The position numbers and the translations under genes are program-made. A stretch of 63,515 nt of DNA, counting the filler, from Lenisia limosa (lineage: Eukaryota > Protista > Breviatea): NCBI GenBank assembly GCA_001655205.1. It is 13 parts of 13 records of this genome, joined end to end, with 100 filler letters (N's around TTAATTAATTAA, not from the genome) between each part and the next. Parts side by side here need not be neighbours in the genome. Positions count along the whole stretch, not along the records: positions 23,586 to 28,799 come from LPNZ01007331.1; positions 28,900 to 34,149 come from LPNZ01011552.1; positions 34,250 to 35,548 come from LPNZ01007838.1; positions 35,649 to 37,545 come from LPNZ01011078.1; 9 more parts are not named here. One strand, written 5' to 3'. Numbering within the stretch: position 1 is the first letter of the stretch; each line of letters starts with the position of its first letter. Below the pieces are notes generated by a model. That model saw only the letters and a program-made list of their open reading frames with translations, did not search any database and was not told where the DNA came from. Positions 23,586 through 36,663 of the stretch are shown one piece after another.

Positions 23586-25712
23586 CAGCATTCGGCCATA
23601 TCGCGACACTTCGGCTCGGAGCTGCTGGTTCTCACTCTACATATTATTCTGGTTTTAACTTTCATGGATTATTCTGGATTTTACTTGGAATGGATTATTC
23701 TGGTATTCTGTCTGGATTACTCTGGATGAATTACTTATTAATGAACTCTAAATGTATCATTCCCCCGCGGGGAGACAGCTAGAGCTTCACTTTGGTTCGG
23801 AAAAGACCGGTAAAACAAATAGCTTTATCGAGAATTTCAGTCTTATTTCGAACCGAAGTGAGCCCTAGGCAGCCATTCATCGCGGAAAGAAACTCCCACT
23901 AGTAGGTTCTTGTTTGCTTGAGCTAGCTGGACGAGTTGGCTCTCGAGATTGTCAACGTACGCTTTCTTGCGCGCACGCGAGAGGGCCGCTGACTCTCTGG
24001 GGGGGAGTTAAATTAGAAAATTTGTACAGCGCCGCATCCCATCACTCCAGCGTTGAGAAATGGTGGGGGAGTGGAGTGTTATAACAATAGCCTCTAACCT
24101 GTTACGAATAAGGCGTTTTACTCTGGACGCTTCTTTGGAAGATACCTGCGGGTGAAAAGACTACTTTGGAAATTCACTTGGTGCTCTTAGTATAGAGATG
24201 TAATGCGAAAAGTCCTGAGACGATTTGACCAAAATATCGATATCAGGACTTATAGCGGTCAGTGTATAATAGTATAAGGCCGAACCAATAACGCAATTAA
24301 TGAGGTATTGGGTTATGTCATTTGACATATCAGAAAAATTTCGATTGTTGTCTGATGAAACATGTATCGGAAATGTTTTATTTCGCAATCAGCGCTCTAT
24401 TCCAGTTCAAAAAAAAATCCGAATTTCTCAATAAATCTTCGAAAACTATCGATTTTTCTATTTGTTTCGGAGCGAAGTGAAGCCCTACTTGCAACAGAAC
24501 AATGCTTGAAATCTCGCGCTGTTGTGAAACTAAATTCAATTCTGACACACCGACACGCCCCGCCCAGGTTACCTTAGAAAGGTCCGGGAGTTCCTTTTTT
24601 CGCGACGGGCGGTGAGTTTCAACAGGACGGGACGGGATGTCGGGCTGGCTTGATGTTTCCGATAATACCGACGGCAGGGAATCGACTGGAGGAATTATTT
24701 CGGAATTTGAGAACAAGCAAACACATAAAAATAAATGGGATGTCATAAACAAGAAGTCATCATGTGGATACACTTTGGTTCAAAAAAAGACTGAATTTTT
24801 CGATAAATCCTCGTAAACTATCGATATTTTCCCGGTTTTTTTCGAACCGAAGTGAAGCCCTAATAAGGACGGGTTCATACAATGCTACTTTCAGGGCACA
24901 CTGCCGAGCATACATATATCACCATCCTATTGTCCTATAAATCTTCTGAAATTACCTGGTAGTTCTGGGTCAATACTCTTATTCTATTACTTTTGTATTT
25001 CTAGATGTGACTGTCTGTGGATTTTTCAAAACAAAAATAATGAGAACAGAAAACGAGGGGATTTATAGCTGAGAGGGGGTAAATATGGAAAGGTATAGTA
25101 TCTCCTGTGTGTGGGGGGGGGGGGNNNNNNNNNNNNNNNNNNNNNNNNNNNNNNNNNNNNNNNNNNNNNNNNNNNNNATGCAACATTGACAAGCATGTTA
25201 AGGTTCATAAGTAGAGATGAGAAACAAAATCAGGAAACACGCTAAGATTGCTAAAGACAATTCTGACTTCGAGTACAAACGAAATCTTTATTTCTCGCCT
25301 ATATTAATGTGTGTGGTTGTGGGACGAAGGATTAATTTGTCTTTTGATTGGGGACTATTTTTACTTTTTGAAGGGATCAGTGGAATGAAGATGTAATGAA
25401 AAATAGAGAAATGTGCCGCCATCACTAACTTTAGAGGAAATCAGAGATTCAGCCCTTTTACAAACAGAAAATGCCACAACAACAAATAATAAGTTGAATA
25501 ACAATCCCCCAACCCTCAGTTGGCTGTGGCAGGTGGAATACTAAGCTAAACGTTTCGCCTTCAAATTCAGAGTTCACCCTCTCAGCAAAGCGATTGTTGT
25601 CAAGAGAGCCGATTTCGCAAGACGGTGAGTCCGCACCCCAAAAAGGTGAATGAGATGTTTCAATTGAGTCATTATCTGAGCGCTCCTCGCCGTTCCCTGT
25701 TGGAGAGTTCAT
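23586..25712 (-). CDS. bZIP transcription factor (3' end truncated by piece end)
   Basis: Exons 25712-25514, 24685-24573, 24145-24099, 23996-23900, 23636-23586 splice in phase to ...KEASRVKRLIRN|RESAALSRARKKAYVDNLESQLVQLAQANKNLL|SENQQLRAEVSRYGRML: canonical N-x7-R basic region plus leucine heptads. Confidence 0.92.
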
Positions 25713-27616
25713 GGGATAAGAGATTCAAGTGGTGACACTGAATATAATGAAAATTACTCTTATATTTTGAATGTGTAGATATTATAAACTTGAATTTAAA
25801 CAGTAGATAAGTAAAAGAGGCCTTAGTCCGCGAAAACTGTCACCTTAGCCAAAAAACACGTGGGTGTACCTCAATAAGTTTATTAATATAAAATCCCTTA
25901 ATTTATAATTCTAATATACTCATATCATTAATTAATCACTGGTATTTAAAGACTTTCTTTGATAACAGAATTAAGATTCAGTCAATATTTCTAGTTTACA
26001 ATTTTTGTATTGTCTTCTGATTTTTCTTTTCCCATCCCTGTTCCATCGTTCAGCCATCGTTTTTGTATTGTTGTTGAAAAGGATTAACAGATATACAGAT
26101 ATCGATATCTAAGTTGTAGAGAAGTGTTTATATTGACTTGAAGGTCGTGATGGATTCACCGAATCCAGAAACGGATCAAGGCAATGCCGAAGCCGTTGTT
26201 CAACGTGCGGAGCTCACGTTTCATAATGTAGACTATATTTTAACGGTAAGGCCTTCACTATATTATTCACTAATTGTACTTACTTTATCTAGGTTACATC
26301 TACTGACTCATCTCTTTTAATTGATGTGGAAGAGCGCCTTACAGGGGCCAGATGGCAAGGGGAATTTTCTGAGCAATGTTGGTCTTCAGAGGGGTCTTCT
26401 TGTTATTTCAAGAGCTTGTGTTAACATTAATATAGATATTGAAGAGGTTACACGAAAGACAGGATCGTTTAAGCGAGCCTCCGTGTTCATCAAGGTTGGT
26501 GTAACGATCTCCTATTATCGTTATCTCGTCAGATGCTGTCTACAGGGCTCCAAGGCAGGTCGCAGGCTGTCTTCGTGGACCTATTAACATGTGGGAAACA
26601 GGTGGTTGTTGGGTGTCTTTGCCGGAGATCTCTTTGGGATGCAGGGCGTTTCAACCGTTTTTCAGCTCTGATAGCTGCTAGATACCGACCTTGAGAAGGT
26701 CAAACAGCGGCGGCAGAACCCTGACGACAGCGTGGCCAAACCCCAGCCCAGCCCAGCCCTTCTCTCGAAACGATATCTCATCCTCACTTATGCTGCTGAG
26801 TTGGCGGGGTGGAGAGTGGGGTACTTGATTAATGAAACCACATCACATGTTGAAATAGAATGTTTTTTCTTTGTGGACAGCCAACCGCCGGATCTCTATG
26901 ATCCTAGTTTCAATAGAAACTTTACTGCAAAAAAGAATATTTAATAGGGTGCCATGAATTTTACTTGAATTTTAAGGTCATGATATCACTTTTGCCGTTG
27001 AGAAGGCATGTGGATTGTATTTTGCTGAAGAAATGAGAATATTTAATGATCTCACCCAACTTTATTCTTTATAATATGTAGAAACGAGGGGAAATGAATG
27101 GGGATCTGGTTGAAGCCTTACACACCATCACGCTTCTAAGGTTGATTAATTTAAATCAGTCCACTCCATCATGTGCCTTGCATAACGGAAATGTCACAAT
27201 AGAATAGTCATGATTTCATGCGAATAGTTTCAGCGTGAAATAAGATGATGGGCTCTTTTGGCATCTATTATTGAGCGACACAAAAGCTGATTTATTTGAA
27301 CAAGGCACACCGATAGCGCTCATGTAGTATTTGAACCAGGGATACGACAAAGATCATACTAGGATTAATCTAAAAAGCGATATTTACTTTTTGGAGAGAA
27401 CACTTACTCCCCTCTCTCTTCCTTTTTACTGGGTGCGGTGCTGCAGAAGCGACCGGTCCTGGGCTTTGTTTGTTTTNNNNNNNNNNNNNNNNNNNNNNNN
27501 NNNNNNNNNNNNNNNNNNNNNNNNNNNNNNNNNNNNNNNNNNNNNNNNNNNNNNNNNNNNNNNNNNNNNNNNNNNNNNNNNNNNNNNNNNNNNNNNNNNN
27601 NNNNNNNNNNNNNNNN

Positions 27617-28738
27617 TCCGCACCCCATGCTCCTTCGCGAGACCATTCAGCGCCTCGGCCATGAGCTGAGAATGGCCCTGTCAGCATCAGCTAGCAAGGG
27701 CGAGCCGAATGTGGGGAGGGAGGTGAAGGGGTAATTTGTGTGTATGTGTGTGGGGTAAGTAAAGGGCTAAAGTGTATGTGTGTCTACATTGAGTAGGTGA
27801 TGTTATGATTAAGTCTCTGGGAGTTATACTTTGCCTGTGGGGGTGGGAGGTAGAAAAAGGGCGACTTCCCGATGAATATCTGTGTGAGTGCACTTGGTGC
27901 ATTTTTTTTTTGTTTGAGTGAAAGATCGCTGTTACGGGATTTGGAAAATGGTGGAAAATACTGAAAATAAGGAACAATCTACTGAAAATGGAATATTTAT
28001 GAAGCAAGCAAGAAGGGGTGTGATAGGGTCCCCAGGATAAAGAACATTGGCACAATTAGGGATTCCCTACTGTACAAAATAGACCTGTAAAATATCTGAT
28101 TTATTGAGAAATTCAGTCCTTTTTTGGACATTTGGGAAGCCGATGACACAAACAATCCTTTGATTTGTTATTAGTTCGGATTCCTTGTAATTAATTAAGA
28201 AATAAATTGTATAATCTGAAGTGAGGCATATTATAAGCAGATCTCCATTTCAGACACTTGTATGTGCTAGTTAATAATACAGTTGTATTTTGTTCTAATA
28301 AACATAGACCACCATGCCCCCTTTGCAGAACCATGTGGAAACTCACAAACTGCGGAAAGAGCTTGAAATCACGAAGAGAGAGGTTGAGGTAGGCGTTGAG
28401 TTAGATCACCTGATCAAAATGAAAATGATCTTGTCATGGCTCTTAATGTCAAACTACCATGTCACCTTTCCATGCATGCAAACTGTCATTATTGATATTA
28501 TCCATCCAACTCGTATAACTCCCCCTTGTTGTAGCTTATTCTGTTCGTTTTGCCTTGTTCTTCTTAGGCCCCCTTTAATCCGCCTTTTCCGTTCTAATTT
28601 GGTCATTTTTCCCTCACCTTAGCCCCCCTCCCCCCTTCCCTTAATTCTGGTCACTTTCCAGTGTTTTCCTCTCATTTTTTATTTTTATTTTCTGGTCATT
28701 TTCCAGGTTCTGTCAGCGCAGTTGGCTCAAGCTTCAAG
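27617..28738 (+). CDS. Exons of an unidentified, probably coiled-coil protein (fragment)
   Basis: Phase-0 junctions 27722|28308 and 28388|28707 give MLLRETIQRLGHELRMALSASASKGEPNVGRE|TTMPPLQNHVETHKLRKELEITKREVE|VLSAQLAQAS. The gene may start at ATG 26150 (exon 26150-26245 with GTAAG donor), but that link is not demonstrated. Confidence 0.5.
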
Positions 28739-31569
28739 GTAGGATGTGGCAAGGGGGGAAATCTTGAACAGAAGGGTTTTGTGTGTGTGTGTGTGTGTGN
28801 NNNNNNNNNNNNNNNNNNNNNNNNNNNNNNNNNNNNNNNNNNNTTAATTAATTAANNNNNNNNNNNNNNNNNNNNNNNNNNNNNNNNNNNNNNNNNNNNA
28901 CATCACTGGCTAGATGTGTGCAACTTAAATCTGTGTATTTGTTCCGTTTTTTGAAAAGCGAATATTCAGTGGGCAATGTGAACTTAAGGAGGGAACTGAT
29001 TTCAACAAAAACCTCAAGTGATAAACCAAAGGAAACTAATAGATAGTGAAAAAAAAAAAAATCTACAGAGCAAAAGCAATATAATAATTGGTATAAACAA
29101 TCCATACGTTTAGGTCACTTGAAGGCTCCGGCTGTGAAAGACACGATTTTGTNNNNNNNNNNNNNNNNNNNNNNNNNNNNNNNNNNNNNNNNNNNNNNNN
29201 NNNNNNNNNNNNNNNNNNNNNNNNNNNNNNNNNNNNNNNNNNNNNNNNNNNNNNNNNNNNNNNNNNNNNNNNNNNNNNNNNNNNNNNNNNNNNNNNNNNN
29301 NNNNNNNNNNNNNNNNNNNNNNNNNNNNNNNNNNNNNNNNNNNNNNNNATGGGTCAGCTGACCTTATTCTATCATAATTCTATCGACCTCAGATAGATCT
29401 AACCATAAGTCAGCATTGCTGTTCTCTTCAGCTACAATTACGATCACCTTACTACTGTATCACATTGAAAGAAGTTCAATATTTGTGTGCAATAACAAAA
29501 AAAGCAAAGCGCGATTTCGCAGCAAAATTTGTCAAATGAATCTTCCCTCTCTTTCCCCGTGTATTTTTACGTCCAATAGCCATTTGAATTACTCACATAC
29601 TCCACTCTTCCCCAAAATTTTTAAAGGGACTGAACAACCTTCAAAGTAACTCATGGAAGATATGATGTAAATATTGTTATTGTTTCTGTTTTCCATTTGA
29701 GTTGTATGATTGCTCATAATATTTTTGTGTAGCAAATTTCACCATCTCTAGGCAAACTTTTTGTCAAACGGCAATTCCTTGTCTCTATTGTCTTTTGGAA
29801 GAACCAGTCCATCAAATGACCGGCTTCTTAAGCGATGTGTTAGCTTCACTAAAAAATCAAGTTGGTCAAAGAGTTTTCTGAAGCATTTTAGAATGTATAA
29901 TAAAATGATGCCTTCATATGTTTTTCATCTCTTAAACCTGTTATTATATTCTAAGATCCTATTGCAGTGTAAATAATCTACATCATATTCTCTCAATTGC
30001 AGTTTTGATGAAAATGACCGAAGTTTAAAAACCTTTTCGAATCGATGAAACATGGCTTGAATTTTCTACCTCATATTTATTTTAACTTTGGATTTCATGA
30101 AGAAACCCTCTTATTTTATTTTTCATTTCAAACACAATTGTCATGTAATTTGAATATAAAAAAAAAACGTGAATGAAGGAGCATTAAAGATAAAATGGAT
30201 CACCCTTCTATTTCTTTTCTCTGTTCTTTTTTCAGAATTGTCTATCGTTTAACCCGTATCCAAACAAACACTTACAACTTTTATTAAGCTGTTTGAATTA
30301 GAAACAAGCCGAAAGATGCTTTATCCTTTTCTTTTTTTTTTTTTGCTTCTCTTTTGATGTTTATTAACATCTTTAGTCCAGTGATGTGATGGGATTTGAA
30401 GAAAATTTCCTGACAGTTGCCATTGAGCAGACTCCCGCTTTATATGGTTTTGGATACGAAAATGCTGTTTTTATTTCTACTTTTAAAAACTTGTTTTTAT
30501 TAGGCAAGTATACAACTTCCTGGAACATTTGGGTCCTTTTTCGCATTGGAGGAAATAACTGCATTAAAGGGGAGTGAGGAAAATGAGTAGGTTATTAAAC
30601 ACCCGCAGAGACACAAAATCCCCAACATATACATGTGCAATGACGATGTTTGCATAGATCTCAAGTAGAAAAAAAAGGTCCTATTGATTGATGTATGCAA
30701 GCTTTTGGAAAGCTAGCCGTAATACAGCTCGTGAAACGAGATGTTAAACAAAGAAAACTTTTCAAAACATTTCATTTTTTGGCAAGATCAGCTAACTTGA
30801 TCTCGAAAATTTTAAGTTGTGCGCTACACTCGCGCATTTTTTTTNNNNNNNNNNNNNNNNNNNNNNNNNNNNNNNNNNNNNNNNNNNNNNNNNNNNNNNN
30901 NNNNNNNNNNNNNNNNNNNNNNNNNNNNNNNNNNNNNNNNNNNNNNNNNNNNNNNNNNNNNAATTGACTTAACGACAATAATTCGCATTAACGAAATAAT
31001 TTAGGCCCTTGAGATATACGAGAGGCATAGCTCCCCCAGGAAAAATACATCCCTACTTCTTTATGAATTAATAAATTTTATTTTCGCTTATATTTTGTGA
31101 AAACCGTCCTTAATCATTGTAAAAGCATGTTTCACAGTAAGCCCGTAAAAAAAAAAGTACAAACACGTTTTGAGCAATTTATTCTTCACTGAAATAATTG
31201 AATATAATGACTAAAAGAGCTCGAAGAGCATCGCAACGAGCTGAAGAGGCTAATCCGGAAAGGAACAAGGCTAGTGCAGACAAAGACGAGATCGTACAAT
31301 GTGGCGGGTGAATGTGCAAGAGTAGCCAACTCTTGCTGCTTTCCCTTTGACAGGCTTTTAGTTCTTATTNNNNNNNNNNNNNNNNNNNNNNNNNNNNNNN
31401 NNNNNNNNNNNNNNNNNNNNNACCCCTCTGTTTTTTTTTCAAAAAAAAAAAAACCAAACTTGTGCAAAACTCGAACCCAAAAAGCTCGATGCACACGGGA
31501 GTCTGCTAAAATTTTCTCAACAATTTTATACAATTATTGTTTTGGGGTGGACAAATATATAATTTTGAG

Positions 31570-31700
31570 AGTAATCGTTTCTGTGAGATGATTAGCTGAA
31601 TACCTTTAGGGCACAGTAATGTCTCTGTTTTACACCACTTTGTGAAATCATCTAAATTCAAGGAATTTAGCACTTTCTATGGGTGATTTTAGACTTGAAA
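31570..31700 (+). repeat. Dispersed repeat shared with 57660-57790
   Basis: Near-identical TTTCTGTGAGAT..TTAGCTGAAT..AGGGCACAGTAATGTCTCTGTTTTACACCACTTT..CATCTAAATT..GCACTTTCTAT on two unrelated pieces. Confidence 0.8.
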
Positions 31701-34700
31701 ACAATACGAGCAACAGGTTCGGTGCCAGCTCTCTTCTTGTCCTTTACTTCCTTAAACAAAAAAAAAGCAAAGAAGCAGTATGAATTCGTCCTGGCATACC
31801 AGTAGGCCAAGGTTGTTTCCCTTTCTCGTCTCATCATAGAGCGGTACAAACTGCCCGTCGACGAACTTGCCATTGGTGGTCTACTTGCTCTTGACTATTT
31901 GCTTTTCGCGCTCATTTAAGTAGTTGTCAGTAAAAAGTGGCTGTTTTTTTATTTGTATTTTTCACTTACCTAATATGGAAAGTGTGAACCGCACTTAAAA
32001 ACTTTTAATGCAGAATGTCTTATTTTTTTTTGAGTAAAAACAAATAAAATTGTGACAAAGTTCCAAAAAAAAAATCTATTTGCCAATACTAATCTAACCA
32101 TTTATAACGTGTATCTTATATAGTTTCGTCAGTGTACATGTATACATAAAATTACATATCATATTATATATATTTTTTCATTAAATAATAAGTGTTCACT
32201 TGATGTTGAATGGATTTTGTTGTTGATGTTGTTTTAGCTTTGGTATGTTCTGCGTTTCTTGTTAATCTCAAACCTATGATTGATAAAGCCAGAAGACAGT
32301 TTCTAACAGCTGCTAACAGGAGAAAGGGAAAAGAAAGTAACAAAACAAACAAACTGATGACCCCTTTTTGAGACTTGAGTGACCCCTTTTTTTTGAGACT
32401 GAAGGACCATTCTCGATGCTAACAGCTTGGTGGAACCAACTTTCTTTCCGCAAAAAGGAATTTCAGTGAAGCAAGAAAGAGCAGATTTTGTGGATTTATT
32501 GGTCCAGGTGCTATTTCGTGATAACAAAAACAAAGTAATCAAGAAAATAGTAGCACCCTACATACATGAACAACTCGCTTGTTGCGCTCTTTCACACTCT
32601 CTCAACTTGTTCGGGAGTTGGGGTCTCATCAATCATAAACCTTGTTCAATTTCATGTCTTCAGGCTTGTTGAAGAGGGTTTCCAACTCTTCGATAAGAGC
32701 ATCTAAAAAAAGATCAAAGCATGAAGGATCGAGAAAACAGTGGATCGAAAAAATGCCTAAAATGTTCAATTGTACCTCATGAAATAGTTTGTTGATGCAA
32801 TAAACGGTAATCATTCAATAGAAGGAGAAGGTGTACACACAGGATTAACCCCTGCCTTTCCAAGTTCGTTTTCACATTTATGTGTTTCCTTTTACCCAAT
32901 GCTGCTTATTAGCGCCCCCCTCCTCGGTGCTACCGGGGAGCTACTCTTCATAACCCAGGAATTAAACCACCTGTTCTCTAAAGAGAGCCTGTCAAAGGGC
33001 AAGCAGCGAGTTGGCTACTTGCGCATGCACCCATCACATTGCACGATTTCGTCTTTGTTTGCACTAGCCATGTTCCTTGTCGGATTCACATTTATGTGTT
33101 TCCTTTTACCCAATGGTGCTTGTTAGCGCCCCCCCCCCCAACTAAAAATGGGTTTCAGATTAATTCATTCTGGGGGGGACTGCTCTCGTTTTTATTTATT
33201 TGGGTGACCGCAAAAACATTCCTGATCTCTATCCTTTGGTTTCTAAATTGATAGTTATTGAAAGATAGAATCATTTGAAAAGAGAAAAGAGTAAGAGATG
33301 CATTGAACCTCGAGAAATCAGGAATTTGCCCAAGAAAGTATCCAAATCTCCAAATCCATCCAATCCTGGCTTTCTCTGAAACAGAGGGTCTTCGTACTCT
33401 CTCGAGCCTTCCTTCTCGGGAATGCAAGTTTTATTCAATTGAACAGTTTTTTACGGGGGGTAGAGAGGTTAGTGGTACACATCTCGCTTTAAATTGGCCT
33501 AAATTCTTCATCCATATTACTCATTGTGGAAAACTGAAGAAATTGAGCTATAGTTTATTATCAAAATATATTTGGTCAAAAGGAAGGATTTTTTTGAATT
33601 TGAACCAATACTTTTATAGTCTTTGTACTCAAGTGAGAAATACTGTTTTAATGACTTCTTTTAAATTTATTATTTATTATTTAATTTAGCAATCAATTTA
33701 CATTAATTGCCAATTATTTGGTCCAATAAATTTGAAAGAGCTCTAATGTAGATATTTCGACCAAATTGTGTAATGGTGTAGACAATCATATTTTTGAATT
33801 AGTGCATTTGGAATTAATTCGAAAAAAAATTCTCAAAAACAATAATTTTAATTAAAAAAATATATGCTAGGCAACCTAAACTCCGTATTTTATTCAAAAC
33901 TCCGTATTCTATTTTTATANNNNNNNNNNNNNNNNNNNNNNNNNNNNNNNNNNNNNNNNNNNNNNNNNNNNNNNNNNNNNNNNNNNNNNNNNNNNNNNNN
34001 NNNNNNNNNNNNNNNNNNNNNNNNNNNNNNNNNNNNNNNNNNNNNNNNNNNNNNNNNNNNNNNNNNNNNNNNNNNTCACCCTTTTTTTGTTTTTATTCTG
34101 AATTTTGGACTTTTGGCCGGTATAATAATTATATTTATTTGATAATCTTNNNNNNNNNNNNNNNNNNNNNNNNNNNNNNNNNNNNNNNNNNNNTTAATTA
34201 ATTAANNNNNNNNNNNNNNNNNNNNNNNNNNNNNNNNNNNNNNNNNNNNTAGTATGCATGTATTGTTAGGGATAAAAACAAATGTTTTGAGTGAACAAAT
34301 ACTCTATCATCGCCCACCCCCAAATCACTCAATACCCACCTTCAAGTCCGCCGGCTGCGTATCTTTGGTTCATAGCAGCCAAGAGGTCCAAAACGGTGGC
34401 GCTGGAACAAAGACTGCAAGGGGAGTAAAGAAAAATATATGAAAAAAAAGCCCAAATCAACTCNNNNNNNNNNNNNNNNNNNNNNNNNNNNNNNNNNNNN
34501 NNNNNNNNNNNNNNNNNNNNNNNNNNNNNNNNNNNNNNAAACAAAACAAATAAAGCCCAGGCCAGTCGCTTCTAAAGCATGGGACAATATAAGAAACAAA
34601 GAAAAGAACAAAAAGCCCAACGTCTCTGTTGGCAATACACGAGGGTTGAGAATAACAAAACTTTGTAAGGTGGGTAATTGTCTAGTTCAGTACCATTTGC

Positions 34701-35688
34701 ATCGCCTAGTAATACGAATTGAGTGATAAGGACACACCCCTCAAATCAACATTACCCCTCATTACTCCCCTATTATGGTATAATTACAGCAATGAGAAAT
34801 AAAAAAATAAAGTTGTATCTGGCCGAAGCCGTCCATGCCATCACGCTTTTAAGCCAATGAAAGTGCTTAGACTAATATACACAAACCACCCCCAACCGGT
34901 GATAGGGTTTGGACATAAGGTTGGCTATGAGATCCTCAACAATTTTCGGGCAATCTGGTCGTTTCAGTGACACTTCTACTATAGTTAGCGCTACTAATTG
35001 GGAGGGTTACTTATTGCTGAAATCAATCGTAACTATAGTTTGTTCACAACGGGTATTGATTGGCAATTACTTTTCAGCCAGCGAAGGGGGGGGGGGGCTA
35101 GCAACACACACAAGTTGAAAAATTACAAAACAAAGCCAAGGCGAGTAGCTTCTATAGCACCGCATCCTCTCATTCCAGCGCCATCAACGTTATGAGATTA
35201 CAAACCACTCCAATAACCAAACACAAATACAATTTAGCTGCAAGTGTGGTTAGCATCGCTTTTTTCCAGATACGGTAACAACAAGGGCTTCACTTCGGTT
35301 TGAAAAAATACCAGTAAAATATCGATAGTTTTCGAGGATATATCTAGAAATTCAGTCTTTTTTTAAACGAAGTGCAGCCGTTGGAACAACAAATACAACG
35401 TTTTGTGTGTTATAAGAATAAAAGAATGCTTTCAATATCAGTTCCAGAACAACCGCATACTTGGTGGTGTGGCGTTCGTGATTTGGTGCATCAAAGTCTC
35501 TGGGGTGGTAAAGAAAGAGTGTCATTGTGGGCCTATAGACAGTTTATGNNNNNNNNNNNNNNNNNNNNNNNNNNNNNNNNNNNNNNNNNNNNTTAATTAA
35601 TTAANNNNNNNNNNNNNNNNNNNNNNNNNNNNNNNNNNNNNNNNNNNNTTTCATAATTTTTTTAATTTTACCCCCCCCCCCCTTTCAG

Positions 35689-36641
35689 TCGCTGCATGGA
35701 AACCACCTCCTTGTGGCAAGCAACGACTATGTGAGTCGAATGTCCCTTTACCATGTCCAAGCTCTTGACCTTGTGGAGGTGGGAGAGAGGGTATCTTTGT
35801 TTGCTTTTGTTGTTTTAAAATTATTTTTTTTGCACATGTTGAGCCAGCAGAGTTTACATAGTGTTCTTATATTTACCCCCCCCCTCCTACACTGGAGTGT
35901 TGCGGAAGCGACTGGCCTGGGCTTTGTATGTTTTGTTTTTTTCAACCCTCATGTGTTGTCAGCCAACAGTGTTGACTTTGGGAATTTTTGTTTTTATTTA
36001 AATATTTTCCAGGTTTACCCCCCAAAAAAAAAATAATCAACTCTGTAGCCAATTTGGTTTCATAAATTTTCCAATTTTACTCTCNNNNNNNNNNNNNNNN
36101 NNNNNNNNNNNNNNNNNNNNNNNNNNNNNNNNNNNNNNNNNNNNNNNNNNNNNNNNNNNNNNNNNNNNNNNNNNNNNNNNNNNNNNNNNNNNNNNNNNNN
36201 NNNNNNNNNNNNNNNNNNNNNNNNNNNNNNNNNNNNNNNNNNNNNNNNNNNNNNNNNNNNNNNNNNNNNNNNNNNNNNNNNNNNNNNNNNNNNNNNNNNN
36301 NNNNNNNNNNNNNNNNNNNNNNNNNNNNNNNTTATCCCATTACATGCAACACACCAAGCGGTGGGGGGAAGGGATACACACAGATTTGTAGCAATTCATT
36401 ACTCCAAAAAAACTGATCGATTAGCGTTCATTGGTGGGGGGGTGCTGGAGACTGTTGGTCATGGTGTTTTAGAGCGGGAGAGGTTAGTATATCATATATT
36501 CACCACTTTGACACGTATGAATGCCACTTTCTGATAGTTCACAGGTCTGCAATGGAGAGTGTTTACCAACTTACTGGGGCATTGAGCCGTTTACATCTCC
36601 CTTGAATTGCGGACAATGCGGCACTGAGTGCCCCCAGGAAA
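35689..36641 (+). CDS. Two exons of an unidentified protein, the second with a Stig1-like NCGxCGxxC motif (fragment)
   Basis: Exon 35689-35778 SLHGNHLLVASNDYVSRMSLYHVQALDLVE and exon 36545-36641 VCNGECLPTYWGIEPFTSPLNCGQCGTECPQE, both with AG/GT borders; an N gap lies between them. Confidence 0.5.
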
Positions 36642-36663
36642 GTAGGCTGTTTTACCATGGATA

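Noticed and set aside
26150-26400. ABCG/PDR transporter-like phrase (AELTFHNVDYILT...FLSNV)
   Set aside because: No Walker A or other ABC motif follows on this piece; resemblance too short.
31667-31873. LYR-motif-like ORF MASSSTGSLYRSMMRR
   Set aside because: Lacks the downstream LYRM pattern, runs into a dispersed repeat, and another frame is an equally plausible exon.
29750-32512. Possible plus-strand exons on piece 4 (SSDVMGFEENF..., GKYTTSWNIW..., TILDANSLVEP...)
   Set aside because: Some junctions are phase-compatible but no family motif and no closed model; left uncalled.
34329-34430. HMG-box-like phrase SPPAAYLWFIAAKR
   Set aside because: Only the first helix resembles HMG; no continuation or convincing splice sites.
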